This document shows, one piece after another, positions 12,044 through 26,158 of a stretch of 64,000 nucleotides of DNA (its first letter is position 1; every line of letters begins with the position of its first letter). Both the position numbers and the translations under genes were made by a program. This DNA is from Octopus sinensis (Eukaryota). The notes below the pieces were generated by a model. That model made no database searches and was not told where the DNA came from. It saw only the letters and a list, made by a program, of their open reading frames with translations. The stretch covers positions 156,488,001 to 156,552,000 of the forward strand of contig NC_042998.1 of the NCBI RefSeq assembly GCF_006345805.1, in the 5' to 3' direction.

Positions 12044-14181
12044 TCATTTATAAATTAATTCAATTCTTCGATCTTTCTGGGCAAATATATCTATCACATT
12101 TTCATAGAAATCTTCTCTTTTCATCAATTCTTTTAATAAATCTTTTTCAATTGACATTAGTGCTAACCCAGACAGTCTTCTTTCTCCTGTCGCATTTCTT
12201 TGGTATGTTTTAATTCTACTTAATGCAGAAAAGGATTGCTCTACAGAAGCAGTGGTAGACGGAATTGTCAAAATCAACTTGCACAGATTGAAGAGTTCTG
12301 GCATAGCTTCAACAAGATCATTGCTGTTAATGTAACTTATTAAATGACTTACACTTGGTTTTTTAAAATCTTTCATTGAATACATCACATTGAACTCACT
12401 TTGTAATCGTATTACATCAAAAAATCTGCAATAAGTTGTTCTTAAAGAATCTAAAGAGTCCACAAGAAATTGTTTGCAATACTCATCAACTTTGTTGAAA
12501 TTCAAAAGTTCCATGAATTTAAACTCTTCTAAGGATGAATATCGTGCTTTTATTTTGTCAACTATTCTACTGATAATTTTGTTATAAAGCATTCTATAAT
12601 GTTGTTGGGGATCAATAGATATATTCTTGAATCTCTGAATTCCGATTCCTGCATCGACTCCATATTTTTCCCCTAACCTATCATAAAAGATTGAAAAATT
12701 ATCAAGTTTGTTTTCGAGTACAGTTCTAGTTTTATCTATTTGCTCTTTACAATACACTATTTCATGACTTTTACTCTGGAGTATGTTAAATAAGGCGTCA
12801 GTAAATGAAAAAATGTCACTGAATACTTCTAACAAAAATCAGAAATCAGGAGCTTTTAAAGTGTGTAAGAATCCAATTGCTGAATTTATGGTGGTATCAT
12901 CCCATGTTTCAGGATTTTCAATGATGTGTTCAAAAAGGCTGATTATGAAATTATAATTTTCCTTTGAGGTAATAAATAGACGTGAGGAGTAATTCCATCT
13001 AGTTGCTATTGCTTTCGGAAATCTTTTTTTAACAATGTTATCTAATGCATTAGCCCTTTTCGGTGATTTCGTAAAAAATGTACCAAGTCCGTTTATTGTA
13101 GAAAAAAATATCCTGCATTCTTTCATAGCAGAGCATGATTGTGAAAGAACTAAATTTAGGATATGGGCACAACAATGAATAAAGATCGCACATTCATATT
13201 TCTTTCTTACTTTTGCCTGTAGCCCATTTAGTTGTCCTGCCATTGTAGCGGCACCATCATATGTCTGTGCAATCAATTTATTTCCACATTCCCACGTCTC
13301 AATGCATTTAAAAACATGTTCAGATAAAGCATTTGCAGATCGATCTTCACTAACATCACTAAAACTGATAAATTGTTCTTTCGTCACACAGTCTTCTGTA
13401 ACATAACGTAAAACTGTTGACAGTTGTGAAGATGCTGAGACATCAGATGTCTCATCAACAAGAATAGAAACATACTTAGCTTGCTCAATTTCCTTCTGCA
13501 TCTCATTCAGCATAACTTTATGAATTGCTTCGATCAAGTCATTTTCAATTCTGTTTGACAGACCAGTGAAGATAGAAGCTGTATCTAGATGACTTTCCAT
13601 TTTTTGTCATATTTACTGATCAAATAAACGAGTTCTTTATAATTTCCATGATTATTAGAGCCTTCAGATTCAAAATGACCTCGAAACGATAATTCCTGGA
13701 GGCCTAAAAAAATAACAACATCGATCAATCGTTGCAGAATGGATCTGTTTCATCGAACTTTCTCATTATGATGTTGTATGCTTTGATTTTTACGTGCATC
13801 TAATTGTAAGTCTATGCGAACATTCCCAAATATTTTAAGATCTATCAAACATTTTATATGCCTTTGAGAACGCTCATGCTTTAGCATAGTCATATGTAAA
13901 TTATTTAAATCATCATAGCCTTTATCATTCCAAACATTTTTTTCTAAGCCAAAAAGTAAACACGGCCAACAGAATAATTTATTAAGAGCAACACTTCCAG
14001 TTAACCATTTCTTCTTTTCATATGAATTAACCTAAAATTGTCTCGTGAATTTCTTGTAGCTTCGCAAATTAGGTAAATTCGGTGTTGGTCTCCTACCGTT
14101 TATAGTTAATTATTTTCCATCGAAGTCTCTTTTCGAAAAACTATTTCTCAAAATATCGTTTATAACACACATTTCACTCAT
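12044..14181 (-). pseudogene. hAT transposase pseudogene
   Basis: ILVDETSDVS, QTYDGAATM, IHCCAHILNL, ATRWN, and the hAT dimerisation motif LILTIPSTTASVEQSFSALSRIKT. Broken by stops/frameshifts; putative ATG at 14181. Confidence 0.88.
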
Positions 14182-14509
14182 TTTGAAAAAGGCTGCTCTT
14201 ATATAAGAACCCACGTGGAAGTGCCGGCGGAAATTGTAAGTCAATTTCAACAAAACAGAAAAATACCCTTTGTTAAATTAATGTAAGATTAATTAGCTAT
14301 TTCTGAAATAAGAAATATAATATAGATTATATTTTTGTTTTCAAAACACTCCAAAAATATAATAGTGCAAATGGATGTTTTGGATAAAAAAATTCAAATT
14401 TACATGCCAAACTATTCCAACATTTCAGCTGGCTAACTCAAGAATTATGGGCTTGCTCTTGTTCCAGTCAAAAGTGGAACCAGGTTAGCAACAATTCTAC
14501 ACTAACAAA

Positions 14510-14870
14510 TAGACAGAGAGGCGTGTCATTCGGTCTTCTCAGAGCATGACATGCTACAATGAATTTGTTGAATCACTGAGAGAGAAGGGGGTACAAACTA
14601 TTATGGATGACCATTCCTCCTAGCATATCTTTTAAACAAGTCACTAAGAGAGAGAGGAAGGAGGGTCAAACTAACAAAAAGAGAGAGAGGGGGTGTCATG
14701 CTGTCTTCTGAAAGCATGACAGGCTACAATAAATTTATCCAGTCACTGAGAGAGAGGAAGGAAGGACAAACTAATACAGACAGAGAGGGAGTGTGTGTCA
14801 TGCGATCATCTCAAAGCATTTGTCAAAGCAGAAGTATGAGTCACTGAGAGAGGGGAAGGGGAGACAAAAT
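14510..14870. repeat. Subterminal repeats in hAT end
   Basis: About three diverged copies of gagagagg..gtgtcat..gtcttct..agcatgaca..agtcactgagagag..gaagg..acaaa. Confidence 0.7.
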
Positions 14871-14973
14871 ATTTCTAAAACAACTGGACATATTTTCTTT
14901 GAAACAAAGAAGGCATGCAGCGTATAGCTTGCATAGCTGAGAGTGCACACCCCTGATACATATATATATATAA

Positions 14974-15250
14974 ATGGGTTTCATGGGCCCACAGCTTTTA
15001 AATATTCTCCCAAAGAGTGAGGAACTTGCACAAAGTAGATGTAGGGGTTTTTAAATAAAAGCTGGACCTCTTCCTGTCAAGAGTCCCAGATAAGCCTACC
15101 TTACGGCGAGAGGTGCAAATGAGGGTAGCTACATCAAACCCCATTCTTCACCAAGTGCCACATATTAGAGGAGGCTCTTAGTAATAACAGTGTAGCAAAA
15201 CAGTGGTGCATCAGCATGGCTGCAGCTCTGAGCTGAAACAAGAAAAACGA
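14974..15250 (+). mobile_element. CR1 LINE 3' fragment
   Basis: Homologous to the reverse complement of 2660-2940; tail gtggtgcatcagcatggctgcagctctgagctgaaacaagaaaaa. Confidence 0.8.
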
Positions 15251-15399
15251 AAAACGAATATATATATCTATACATATATATATAATATATATGTATATAT
15301 TTATATATATATACATATATATAATACATATGTATATATTTATTTATATATATATATATAAAACTTAGATATGTTTCGACAAAAGATTGGTCCAGGCCA

Positions 15400-15625
15400 T
15401 GTCTAACTTAATAGCACCACCTGATAGGATTATCTAAATCCTGTTTAAGTCAAGTTTTGTTTGTGGTCCATTCGAGTAGTGAGTTTTTTTTGGGTGAGTT
15501 GTATCCAATTATGAGTGGCTTGTCTAGTATTCCTTGAAGGAATCTATCCAGACTCCGTTTAAAGTTGATGGGATCCTTTTTCTCTTTGATCTCTTTTGGG
15601 TCAATGTTAAATAATTTTATATAAT
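15400..15625 (-). mobile_element. CR1-like LINE 3' fragment (different family)
   Basis: LFNIDPKEIK...FKRSLDRFLQGILDKP...NSLLEW resembles a CR1 ORF2 C-terminus. Confidence 0.6.
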
Positions 15626-15628
15626 ATA

Positions 15629-16084
15629 CTAGCAGCATAGCCTGGCGTTGCCCGGGTATGTAAGAGCCCCTAGTAGGCAACGACTAATCCCAATCTAGTC
15701 TTTCCCTCTAGGGAACGAAGGCGCATGTGTAGGTTGCAATGTCTTCTCTTCACTCGAATACTTCTGTGTATACAATGTTCCTAGCTGTCCCTTTGGGCGA
15801 AAACATGAAAACATCATTGCGCCTCCCAACACGTGAACAGCCCACGTACAGCCCAGAAAATGTGTTGCATATAAAAAGCTTAGATTCTCGACCCCATGTC
15901 GAATTTATCGATTTTTTCAGAACTGGGTGAACTTTTCAAAATTTTCGCTGCATTAGTTTCGAATTATGACATTGGGCTATGTGTGTGTCAAGTTTCATCA
16001 GAATCGGTTGAAAGCCGTGGTCAGGGTGAGAGTACAACCTGACAGACACACAGACAGACAAACTGCAGTTTATATAGAGAGAGA
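15629..16084 (-). mobile_element. Non-autonomous Helitron
   Basis: On the minus strand: 5' TC, 3' hairpin cccgggcaacgccagg and CTAG, inserted between A and T. Shares both ends with 37467-38295. Confidence 0.8.
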
Positions 16085-16102
16085 TATGTATATATTTATA
16101 TT

Positions 16103-16134
<32 letters not shown>

Positions 16135-16477
16135 CACGGATTTTCAGAAAAATGGCCAGCTAAGACTTTAACTTTCAACCTATTTCATTCATATTTTTAA
16201 GCATTTGATTGGTAACCCTAATCCGCTTCCCCTTCGTTTCTCTATTTATTTCTAAACATGGCTTCTTCATGCATTTTTAAATTCCTCCTCTACTTTCAGG
16301 GCTATCTTCGTTGTTTATTCCATTCCCCTTCAAAATATTCTCCATCGTATCGTATCGTATTTATTTATTTATTCTCTCTCTGGTTTTCATTTATCTAATT
16401 ATTTTTCCCCTCAAATTCAGTAATTTTGTTGCAGAGAATTCCTTACGAATTATATTCAAACTCGTTGTTTGAGATTT

Positions 16478-16711
16478 GCACCAATCCAACCGTGGCCGAT
16501 GTCAGCCTCGCCTGGCACCTGTGCGGGTGGCACGTAAAAAGCACCCACTACACTCATGGAGTGGTTGGCGTTAGGAAGGGCATCCAGCTGTAGAAACATT
16601 ACCAGATAAGACTGGAGCCTGGTGCAGCCTTCTGGCTTCCCAGATCCCCGGTCGAACCGTCCAACCCATGCTAGCATGGAGAACGGACGTTAAACGATGA
16701 TGATGATGATG
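16478..16711 (+). mobile_element. RTE 3' UTR fragment with (ATG)n
   Basis: Near-identical to the reverse complement of 3789-4003. Confidence 0.85.
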
Positions 16712-16784
16712 AATGCAGACAGACATAGAGAGAGAGAGTGAAAGCACTGTGGAAGGCGGGGAGAAGGGGAAGATATAGAACACC

Positions 16785-16950
16785 GTGACACGACGTTATA
16801 AAGAGAAAGTGAAGGGGAGTTAGATGACGTTATATATAGAAAGTGATGGGAAGGGAGGAAAGAGAATGTGTGAGTTAGACGCTGTTAGACGACGTTATAT
16901 ATAGAAAGTGATGGGAAGAGTGGAAAGAGAATGAGTGACGGAGGAAGCCA
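16785..16950. repeat. Short purine-rich imperfect direct repeats
   Basis: gacgttata..agaaagtga..ggg occurs three times. Confidence 0.6.
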
Positions 16951-17789
16951 GATACATAAAAGAATGAGAGTAGACTTGTCAAAGTGCGTTTTTGGCCCTA
17001 GCAACAACACCTCTTAAGATAGGGATTTCTAACCTAGCCCATTGGCATCCTCACCTCATTTTACATGTCCCTGTAAATTTTGGAGTCAATCCGACTGGAT
17101 CTAGTGGCCTTTAACCCGTTCTCAATGCCAAAACCAGACAAACAAACAAGCTTTTCGCATTTCAGTTTTATAAATAGAGATATATTTATTTTTATATATA
17201 TATATATATATATGTTTATATTTATATATATATATATATATGTATGTACATATTTATATATATATATATATGTATATATAAAAGAGCGATCGCATTATCG
17301 TTAACCCCACTCGCTTCCAAATATCTAAAGAAGAAATACGCACAGATCATGAATGGTTAAAGCTAAGTGATTCTTCTTTCAGCCTCGCTTCCCCTACCTT
17401 CTATCTTTGCACGTATCATCATTATTCTTTCACTATTCTTTGATTACTCTCTCATTATATTGTTCCTCTTTCTTTCAGTATTCTCTCATTACCCTGTCTA
17501 GCTCAAACATTTTTTTTCATTTAGTCTTGTCTCCTGGTTCATAGCCACTTATCTTTCCCCTAAAAATTCTCATTTTCTCAGATTTTTCAAACCTACTTTC
17601 TTGCTCACACGATTAACAGAACCTCTTCCTAGTTTATGGTGCAACCGCCCTCCCACCCCCTCCACACATGCTGGAAGTTCCTATTCTTTGCCATCCCAGG
17701 GTTGCTTCCCATGAAGACTGCAAATGCTCTTTCACCATCCCTACCCCTAGTCTTGACCTATGTAAGGTAATGTTCATACAGTGCAAAAT

Positions 17790-20700
17790 ATGAAAGGCTA
17801 GTGTTATGCAGGTTGTACTGAAGGCTACTTTATTACTTGCACATGAATTCTGCCAAATGCGAGCTTTCTTTTCAGGTACACAAAGCTACTGTCCACCGTC
17901 CCAGGGTCTCTAGGGCCCATGCCTCCCACACCCTCAGGGTTGGCACACTGAAAGGTAGGTCTGGTGAGATAGTCGAGATGCTTGAATGGAGATGTGTGGA
18001 TATATGTTGCATGCAAGAAATAAGTTGGAGAGGAGGATCTGCTAGGTTCCTCACAGGCAAGGAACACAGGTACAAGATTTTCTGGGCAGGGAACACTGAC
18101 GGGGTTGGTGGCGTGGGTATTATCGCTGAGAAATGGGTAGATAAAGTAATTGAGGTAATCAGAGTATGTGACAGAATACTTAAGATTAGATTAGTGCTTC
18201 ATCATAGTTTAGCAACCATTATATCAGCCTATGCTCCTCAGTCGGGGCTACCCGATGGACAGAAAGACCGATTCTATGACACTCTACTGCAGACTACCTC
18301 GTTGACGAACGACAGAGACCTTCTCTTTGTGGCTGGTGACTTCAATGGTCACGTTGGACAACATGCTGGGGGCTTCCATGGCGTACATGGAGGCTATGGC
18401 TATGGTTCCCGCAACGAGGAGGGAACCAGGCTGCTGGAGTTCTGCGATGCAAATAATCTTATGATTTGCAACACTAACTTCAGGAAACCTACCAGCCACC
18501 TTGTCACCTACTGATCGGGCCAACATACTAGCCAAATTGACTACATCCTTACCAGGCAAAGGGAGAGATGGCTGCTTATAAATGCCAAAACCTTCCCAGG
18601 CGAAGAATGTACCCCACAACATAGACTGGTAGTTAGTGACTTTAGGATCAGGACTAGGAGGACAACCAGAAGACGACCAACATGGAGAAGAAGGATCTGG
18701 AAGCTTAAAGATCCTGCAAATGGACAGAGATTTAGGGACATATTACTTGAAGCCTTTGACGAAGTAGAAGGGGATAGAGCATCACAGGGGGTAGAAGACA
18801 ACCGGACGTTTCTAAGGGACAACCTGCTGAGAGCCACTGACCAGATCTCGACCTAGAATAACATGGTGGTGGAACAATGTTGTAGACAGGGCTATTAGAG
18901 AAAAGAGACAGGCTTGGAAGGACTGAAAAAATGGGGGTAGCAGGGAATTGTTCCAGACTGCCAAAAGAGAAGCTAAGAGACAGGTTTATTTAGCCAGAGG
19001 GGAAGCAGATAAGAAAAAAATTTGCCAATGTTCTGCGCCGTGAGGACCAAAGACTTGAGGTGTTTTGCGTTGCAAGACAGTGTGTGAGAGAGAATCGTGA
19101 TGTGGTAGGAGAGAAGTGTGTTCGCATGGAAGATGGTTCACTTGCGCTAAATGAGGATGCAAAGAAAGAGGTTTGGAGACGCCACTATGAAAGGTTGCTG
19201 AATAAAGAAAATGAATGGGATAAAGAGAGTCTGCCGAATGTTGAACCAACAGAGGGACCAGCTATCCGAGTTGATAGTTCCTTGGTAGTTAAGGCAATTA
19301 GAAGCATGAAGACAGGGAAAACCCCAGGCCCATCAGGAATCACTGCAGAGATGCTCAAAATATCTGGTATTGTCGGCTATAGCCTAGTCACCCGTATAGT
19401 TAATCAGGTGATACACAAAGGAGTCATACCCAATGACTGGTGTTGCAGCATAATAGTCAACTGCTACAAAGGTAAAGGTGACGCCCTAGATACAAATAAT
19501 TACAGAGGTATCAAGCTGTTGGATCAGGTGATGAAGGTTACGGAGAGGGTCATAGCTCAACTAATTAGAGAGAGAGTTAGTTTAGATGAGATGCAGTTTG
19601 GGTTCGTGCCAGGGAAAAGTACCACTGATGCTATATTCCTGGTAAGGCAGCTGCAGGAGGAATACCTAGCCAAAGATAAGCCCCTGTACCTGGCTTTTGT
19701 TGACATGGAGAAAGCCTTCGACAGGGTCCCCCGATCCCTTATCTGGTGGTCAATGAGGAAACTAGGGATAGATGAATGGTTAGTGAGAGCTGTGCGAGCC
19801 ATGTACAGGGACGCTGCTAGTAAGGTGAGGGTTGGCAACGAGTACAGTGAAGAATTCCGGGTAGAGGTAGGGGTCTACCAAGGCTCAGTCCTCAGCCCCC
19901 TCCTATTTATCATAGTCCTCCAGGTAATAACGGAGGAATTCAAGACATGATGCCATTGGGAGCTCCTCTGTGCTGATGACCTTGCTCTAATTGCTGAGTC
20001 ACTATCAGAACTGGAGAAGTCTCAGGTGTGGAAACAAGGATTAGAATCGAAGGGCCTTAGAGTCAATCTAGCTAAAACCAAAGTCGTAATCAGTAGGAAG
20101 GTAGACAAATCACAAACGCCTTCAGGTAGATGGCCCTGCTCGATCTGTAGAAAAGGTGTAGGTAGAAACTCTATAAGATGCACCAAGTGTAAGCTATGGA
20201 CACATAAGAGGTGCAGCAATGTCAAAGGAAGGCTAACTAGGAAGATGGTTTTTGTATGTGGCAGATGCTCAGGAACAATAAACACTGAAAATGCTCTGAG
20301 ACCAACTTCCGTCACTTTCCAGGGAGAAAAACTAGAAATAGTTGATAGCTTCCGTTACCTAGGTGACCAAGTCAGCAGCGGGAGCGGGTGTGCTGAAAGT
20401 GTAACTGCTAGAATAAGAATAGCTTGGGCAAAGTTCAGAGAGCTCTTACCTCTGCTGGTGACAAAAGGCCTCTCGCACAGAGTAAAAGGCAGACTGTATG
20501 ATGCGTGTGTACGAACAGCCATGCTACATGGCAGTGAAACATGGGCCGTGACTGCTGAGGATATGCGTAAGCTCGCGAGAAATGAAGCCAGTATGCTCCG
20601 ATGGATGTGTAATGTCAGTACTCATACTCGACAGAGTGTAAGTACCTTGAGAGAAAAGCTGGACCTAAGAAGCATCAGTTGTGGTGTGCAAGAGAGACGT

Positions 20701-21125
20701 TTGCGCTAGTATGGGCATGTGGCGAGAATGGATGAAGATAGTTGTGTGAAAAAGTGCCACACCCTAGCGGTTGAGGGAACCTGTAGAAGAGGCAGACCCA
20801 GGAAAACCTGGGACGAGGTGGTGAAGCACGACCTTCAAACTTTAGGTCTCACTGAGGAAATGACTAGAGACCGAGACCTCTGGAAGTGTGCGAGAAGACC
20901 CGGCAGGACAAGTGAGACCATAACCCGTGGCCTTCTACATGGGATGGAGCCAGCCTACGTATGCATACCTTCCCTTCTTGGGACACAAAACTCTACTTGT
21001 GAAGACCTGTTGAGGCAAGTGAGGATCAGAATCGAAATCGATCAATGGAAATTGCAGCTGAGTTACTAGTGCCGGTGGCACGTAAGAAAACCATCCGTTC
21101 GTGACCGTTGCCAGCGCCTCGACTG
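17790..21125 (+). mobile_element. Near full-length RTE LINE (APE + RT), decayed
   Basis: APE motifs VGTLKGR, DICCMQE, ISAYAPQ, GDFNGHVG and NTNF (17837-18514), RT (19060-19950), C-terminal region (20026-20910) and partial 3' UTR. Several stops. The 5' boundary is approximate. Confidence 0.93.
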
Positions 21126-21354
21126 GCCTCGATCATTTTGGCCGCCATGGGTTTTGTAGTAAATCACTAAATCATCCATAACTTTTGTATTATCCTCTCA
21201 AATTACACCAAAATCTCAGACAATAACAATTAATATCGTATTTATTGTCTGTGTAAATTAAATAATATAAAACAACTTTGGTAAAAACGTATACCTACTT
21301 TTCTGGCGAAAACAATACCGTTCTGAACATTTTGGCTGCATCTGTATATATATA

Positions 21355-21926
21355 TCATCATCATCATCATTGTTTAACGTCCGCTTTCCATGCTAGCATG
21401 GGTTGGATGGTTCAACTGGGGTCTGGAAAGCCAGAAGGCTGCATCAGGCCCAGTCTGATCAGGCAGTGTTTCTACAGCTGGATGCCCTTCCTAACGCCAA
21501 CCACTCCGTGAATGTAGTGGGTGCTTTTTACGTGCCAGACGAGTCTGGCAAACGGCCACAATCGGATGGTGCTTTTTACATGCCACCGGCACAGAGACCA
21601 GACGAAGCTGGCAACGGCCACAAATCGGATGGAGGCCAGTCAGGGCGGAGCTGACTATGGTGCTTTTTACGTACCACTGGCACGGAGGCCAGTCAGTGTG
21701 GCACCGGCTACGACCACGTTCGGATGGTTCTCTTACGTGCCACCGGCACTGGTATCACAGCTACAAATTCCATTGATGTTGATTGAATACGATTTTGATT
21801 TTCACTTGCCTCAATAGGTCTTCACAAGTGGAGCTTTGTGTCCCAAGAAGGAAAGGAATGCATAAGTGGGCTGGCTACATCCCAGGTAGAGGCCACGGGA
21901 TTATGGCCTCACTTGTCCTGCCGGGT

Positions 21927-21929
<3 letters not shown>
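21355..21929 (-). mobile_element. RTE 3' UTR (related subfamily)
   Basis: (cat)n followed by the reverse complement of an RTE 3' UTR, ending cacttgtcctgccgggtct. Confidence 0.8.
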
Positions 21930-21971
<42 letters not shown>

Positions 21972-22136
21972 ATATATATATATATATAGATATATATATA
22001 TATATAATATATATATATATATAGATATATATATATATAATATATATATATATAGATATATATATATGTATATATATATGTATATATATATATATATATA
22101 TATAGTATATATATATATATAATATATATATATATG

Positions 22137-22199
<63 letters not shown>

Positions 22200-22227
22200 G
22201 TATATATATATGTATTATATATATATA

Positions 22228-22269
<42 letters not shown>

Positions 22270-22270
22270 G

Positions 22271-22301
<31 letters not shown>

Positions 22302-22352
22302 GTATATATATATTATATATATATGTATATATATATATTATATATATATATG

Positions 22353-22385
<33 letters not shown>

Positions 22386-22409
22386 ATATATATATATATA
22401 TATTATATG

Positions 22410-22450
<41 letters not shown>

Positions 22451-22465
22451 CTATATATGTATATA

Positions 22466-22506
<41 letters not shown>

Positions 22507-22642
22507 GTATATATATATATATATATATATGTGTTAATATATATGTTATATATATGTATATATATATGTATATATATTATATATGTATATATATATGTAT
22601 ATATATATGTATTATATATGTATTATATATATATATATATGT

Positions 22643-22679
<37 letters not shown>

Positions 22680-22708
22680 GTATATATATATATATATATA
22701 TAATATGT

Positions 22709-22745
<37 letters not shown>

Positions 22746-22822
22746 GTAATATATATATATATATATATATATATGTTATATATATATATATAATATATAT
22801 ATATATATGTATATATATATGT

Positions 22823-22853
<31 letters not shown>

Positions 22854-22875
22854 TATATATGTATATATATATATG

Positions 22876-22907
<32 letters not shown>

Positions 22908-23073
22908 TGTTATATATATATATATATGTATATATGTATATATATATGTATATATATATATATATATATATGTATATGTATATGTATATATATATATATT
23001 GTATATATGTATATGTATATATATGTATATATATATATATTATATATATATATATGTATATATATATGTATAT
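21929..23073. repeat. About 1.15-kb imperfect (TA)n microsatellite
   Basis: Direct reading. Confidence 0.97.
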
Positions 23074-24980
23074 TCAGACCCTAAAGTTAGATTAATTTGC
23101 CCATGTAAATCGGACCTAGGTAAATTAAGTAAATTTATTTTAGATAAATATATTGATAAGTTAAATAAACTTAATTATTTAAAATTATGGTTTAGTAATA
23201 ATAATACATTGAAATGGTTTAATAATATTAAAGATAAAATCGTTATAAATTTATTCAAATAGATATAGATAATTATTATTCTTCTATTAATGAAATTGTG
23301 TTTAATAAAGCGCTTATTTTCGCAATGAATAAAGTGGGCATGTCACGGGAAGAAGTTAATGTAATTAAATTGGCTAGGAAATCGCTAATTAAATATAAAA
23401 ATAAATTATGGGCTAGGAATGATACTAGAGATTGTTTTGATATACCTATGGGAGCACCAGATTCTGCACAGGCTACTGATTTAGTAGGTATTTTTCTTTT
23501 ATCTGAACTCCAATTAGAAAATCTTAAGATAGAGGGTGGTTTATATAGAGACGATCTTCTACTAGTTACAAAGAATTGTACTAATAGGAATCTAGAAGTA
23601 TATAAGAAAAAACTATATAGTTTCTTTAAAAGATATGGTTTACGTATTACTATATATAAGGAGAATTATAATGTTAATTATTTAGATGTTAATTTTAATC
23701 TTATTACAGGTAAAACACAACCATATCATAAACTTAATGAGAACCTTAGATATATAAATGTTAATAGTAATCACCCATTTTCTATTAAAAAATCGTTGAT
23801 TAATAATATAAGTAAACGTATTTCATTACTCTCTTATGATATAGAGATTTTTAATAAACATGCTAATTATTATAATGAGGCCCTTAGAGGGGCAGGTTAT
23901 AATAAGAATATTAAATTTTATAATATTAGCGATAATGATTTAAATGATAATTTTCGAGATACTTCTAATAATAATTATAATTTTGTTACGTTTAGTGGTA
24001 AAAATAATAGATATTATAAAAAAAATAATAAAAATGATAAAAATATAAATAAGAATAATAATAATAATAAATATAATAATAATAATATAAATAAGAATAA
24101 TATAAATAAAAATAAATTTAATAATTATTATAATAATTATATTGATAAATTTAATAATATTAATAATTCCTTAAATGCTGTACATAGATATAATTATGAT
24201 AATAATTTTAATAAAATAAAGAATTATAAATATATTTATAATAATGATAATAATAAGGTTAATAAGAATAAAATTTGGTTAATAGTTCCTTATGGAGATC
24301 AAGTTAAAACGAATATTATTAAAGAGATTTTAGATGTTATAGAACTATTTATTAGAGATAATCGTAAATATAGAAACATTTTCTCTTTTAATAATTTTGG
24401 AGTTGGTTACTCTACCACTAATAATGTTGGTAACATTATTTCTTCATTTAATAAATATAAACTGAATAATTTTTATAAAAAGAAATTATTTGATAATAAT
24501 ATTAATAATGATAAGACTTATATTAATTGTACATGTAGAGATAAATCTAATTGTATATTAAATAATAATTGTGATATTAACGATGTAGTGTATAAATGTA
24601 TAGTTACATTACATGATAATAACTTTAAGAATAATAATTACACAAAAGCGGTTTATATAGGTTCTACTTCCTCAAAAATAAAACTAAGAATTGCACAACA
24701 TATGAATTCTTTTAAAAATAAAAACTTAATCAACTCAACCGGACTTAGTAAGTATATTTGGAGTCTTAAATCACTAAATATTAATTATAGTTTAATATGG
24801 GAAATAATTTGTAAAACTAAATCATATAATATAGGAGCTAATTGTTGTTATTTATGCTCTAATGAGTTTAAAGAAATTTTATTTTATAAGTATGATAATT
24901 TACTTAATACTGGGGAGGAGCGCAAAATAAAATGTAGACACAAGTTACTTTACTTATATAATAAGTTTCATGATAAATAG
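23074..24980 (+). pseudogene. PLE polyprotein (5'-truncated, one frameshift near 23245)
   Basis: [17 protein letters not shown]; [13 protein letters not shown]; FDIPMGAPDSAQATDLVG; GLYRDDLL; YINVNSNHP; CTCRDKSNC; VVYKCIV...YIGSTS...RIAQH; CYLC...KCRH. Confidence 0.9.
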
Positions 24981-26158
24981 CAATAATAGTTCCCTTTTAG
25001 GTTATTTTAGTTTAGTTTAAATTAGTTTAGATGATATATTTTTGGTTATGTTGTCTAGGATTTAATTATAGTTAGTCTTTATTGATATTTCTTTGTTTTA
25101 ATTAGTTCATTTTTAATGTATATTAATTTAGCAGTTTATGGTACGTTAAAACTTTAATAATTTATATTAGATTTTTTTATTTTTTTATTTTTATTTTTAT
25201 TTATTTTATTTTATTATGTATTTTTATTTTGCATTTGTTATATGTATTTTGAGGATATATTTATATGTTTTTGGGTGTTATTTAGTGGTGTTTTTATTGA
25301 GTTTTGTATGTATGTGTGAATGTTTAAGATCCCTTTGTTTTTTGTTTTTATTTGTATGTTGAATTGACAGATTTTATTTGGGTATTGTCTTTTATAATAA
25401 AGTACACACCCATAACAATTATAAGTGCCCACTTCATTCGTTGTACTTGGGTTTGCATGTGAGCCTCAGCATATGCACCTAACGGCCACTCCAGCCCCAC
25501 ATGGATAAATAAACACATACATCCCCTGTGTAAGTGTATCTCCGGTGTATATGTTGAGGCTTATATGTAGAGTTGTTGAAGGGAACGTCGTTGAAATTGT
25601 GAATGAATGGGTAGAGTTGGGAATTGTAACCGGGTGGTGGACTAGTGTTGCTTGGAATTGTGAATGGATTAGGGTGGTAATGAGGTAGGCATTGAGTATG
25701 GGTTACTGTAAGTTGTTTGTTAGAGTTGCTAGGGTGAGCTAAAGCTCATAAATGTATATAACTGATTTTTCATGATAGTTTTTAAAGAATCCATTCATAA
25801 TAAATTTTTTTTAAGTAGCGTTGGTTTGCTACGTGGAAATAGTTTTTAGTTCCATTTATTATATTTCTCCATTCATACTATGAATGACGTTTACTTTCTA
25901 TGGCGCGTATTCTTTTTTTACATTAGTTATTTCCAAGGTAACGTAATTTTGTTTGGTTTTTTAACGGCTAAGAATCTAATTTCACTTCATAATTTGTAAC
26001 TGAATTGTAAGTATGTATTTGATTTATCCTTATGTCATAATGTTATTTTTGATATTCTGGTTAATTACGATGTATTTATTGTTGTTTTCATAAGAGTGTT
26101 TATGTATATGAGATTGGTTGTGAGTTTTTAATTGTATAATTAATTTATTTATCTGTAT

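Larger units (their letters stand above)
11117..14955 (-). mobile_element. hAT DNA transposon (ZMYM1/DUF4371-type), full length, decayed
   Basis: TIRs cagtggcgtgca/tgcacacccctg (10/12 match); 8-bp TSD atgcatat (11109-11116)/atacatat (14956-14963); internal transposase. Confidence 0.9.

Noticed and set aside
21929-23095. Long Y/I/M/C-rich ORFs (also at 3929-4257, 10663-11153, 28806-29379, 39620-40731)
   Set aside because: They are translations of (TA)n/(TG)n/(TATG)n tracts that lack stop codons; there is no coding signal.
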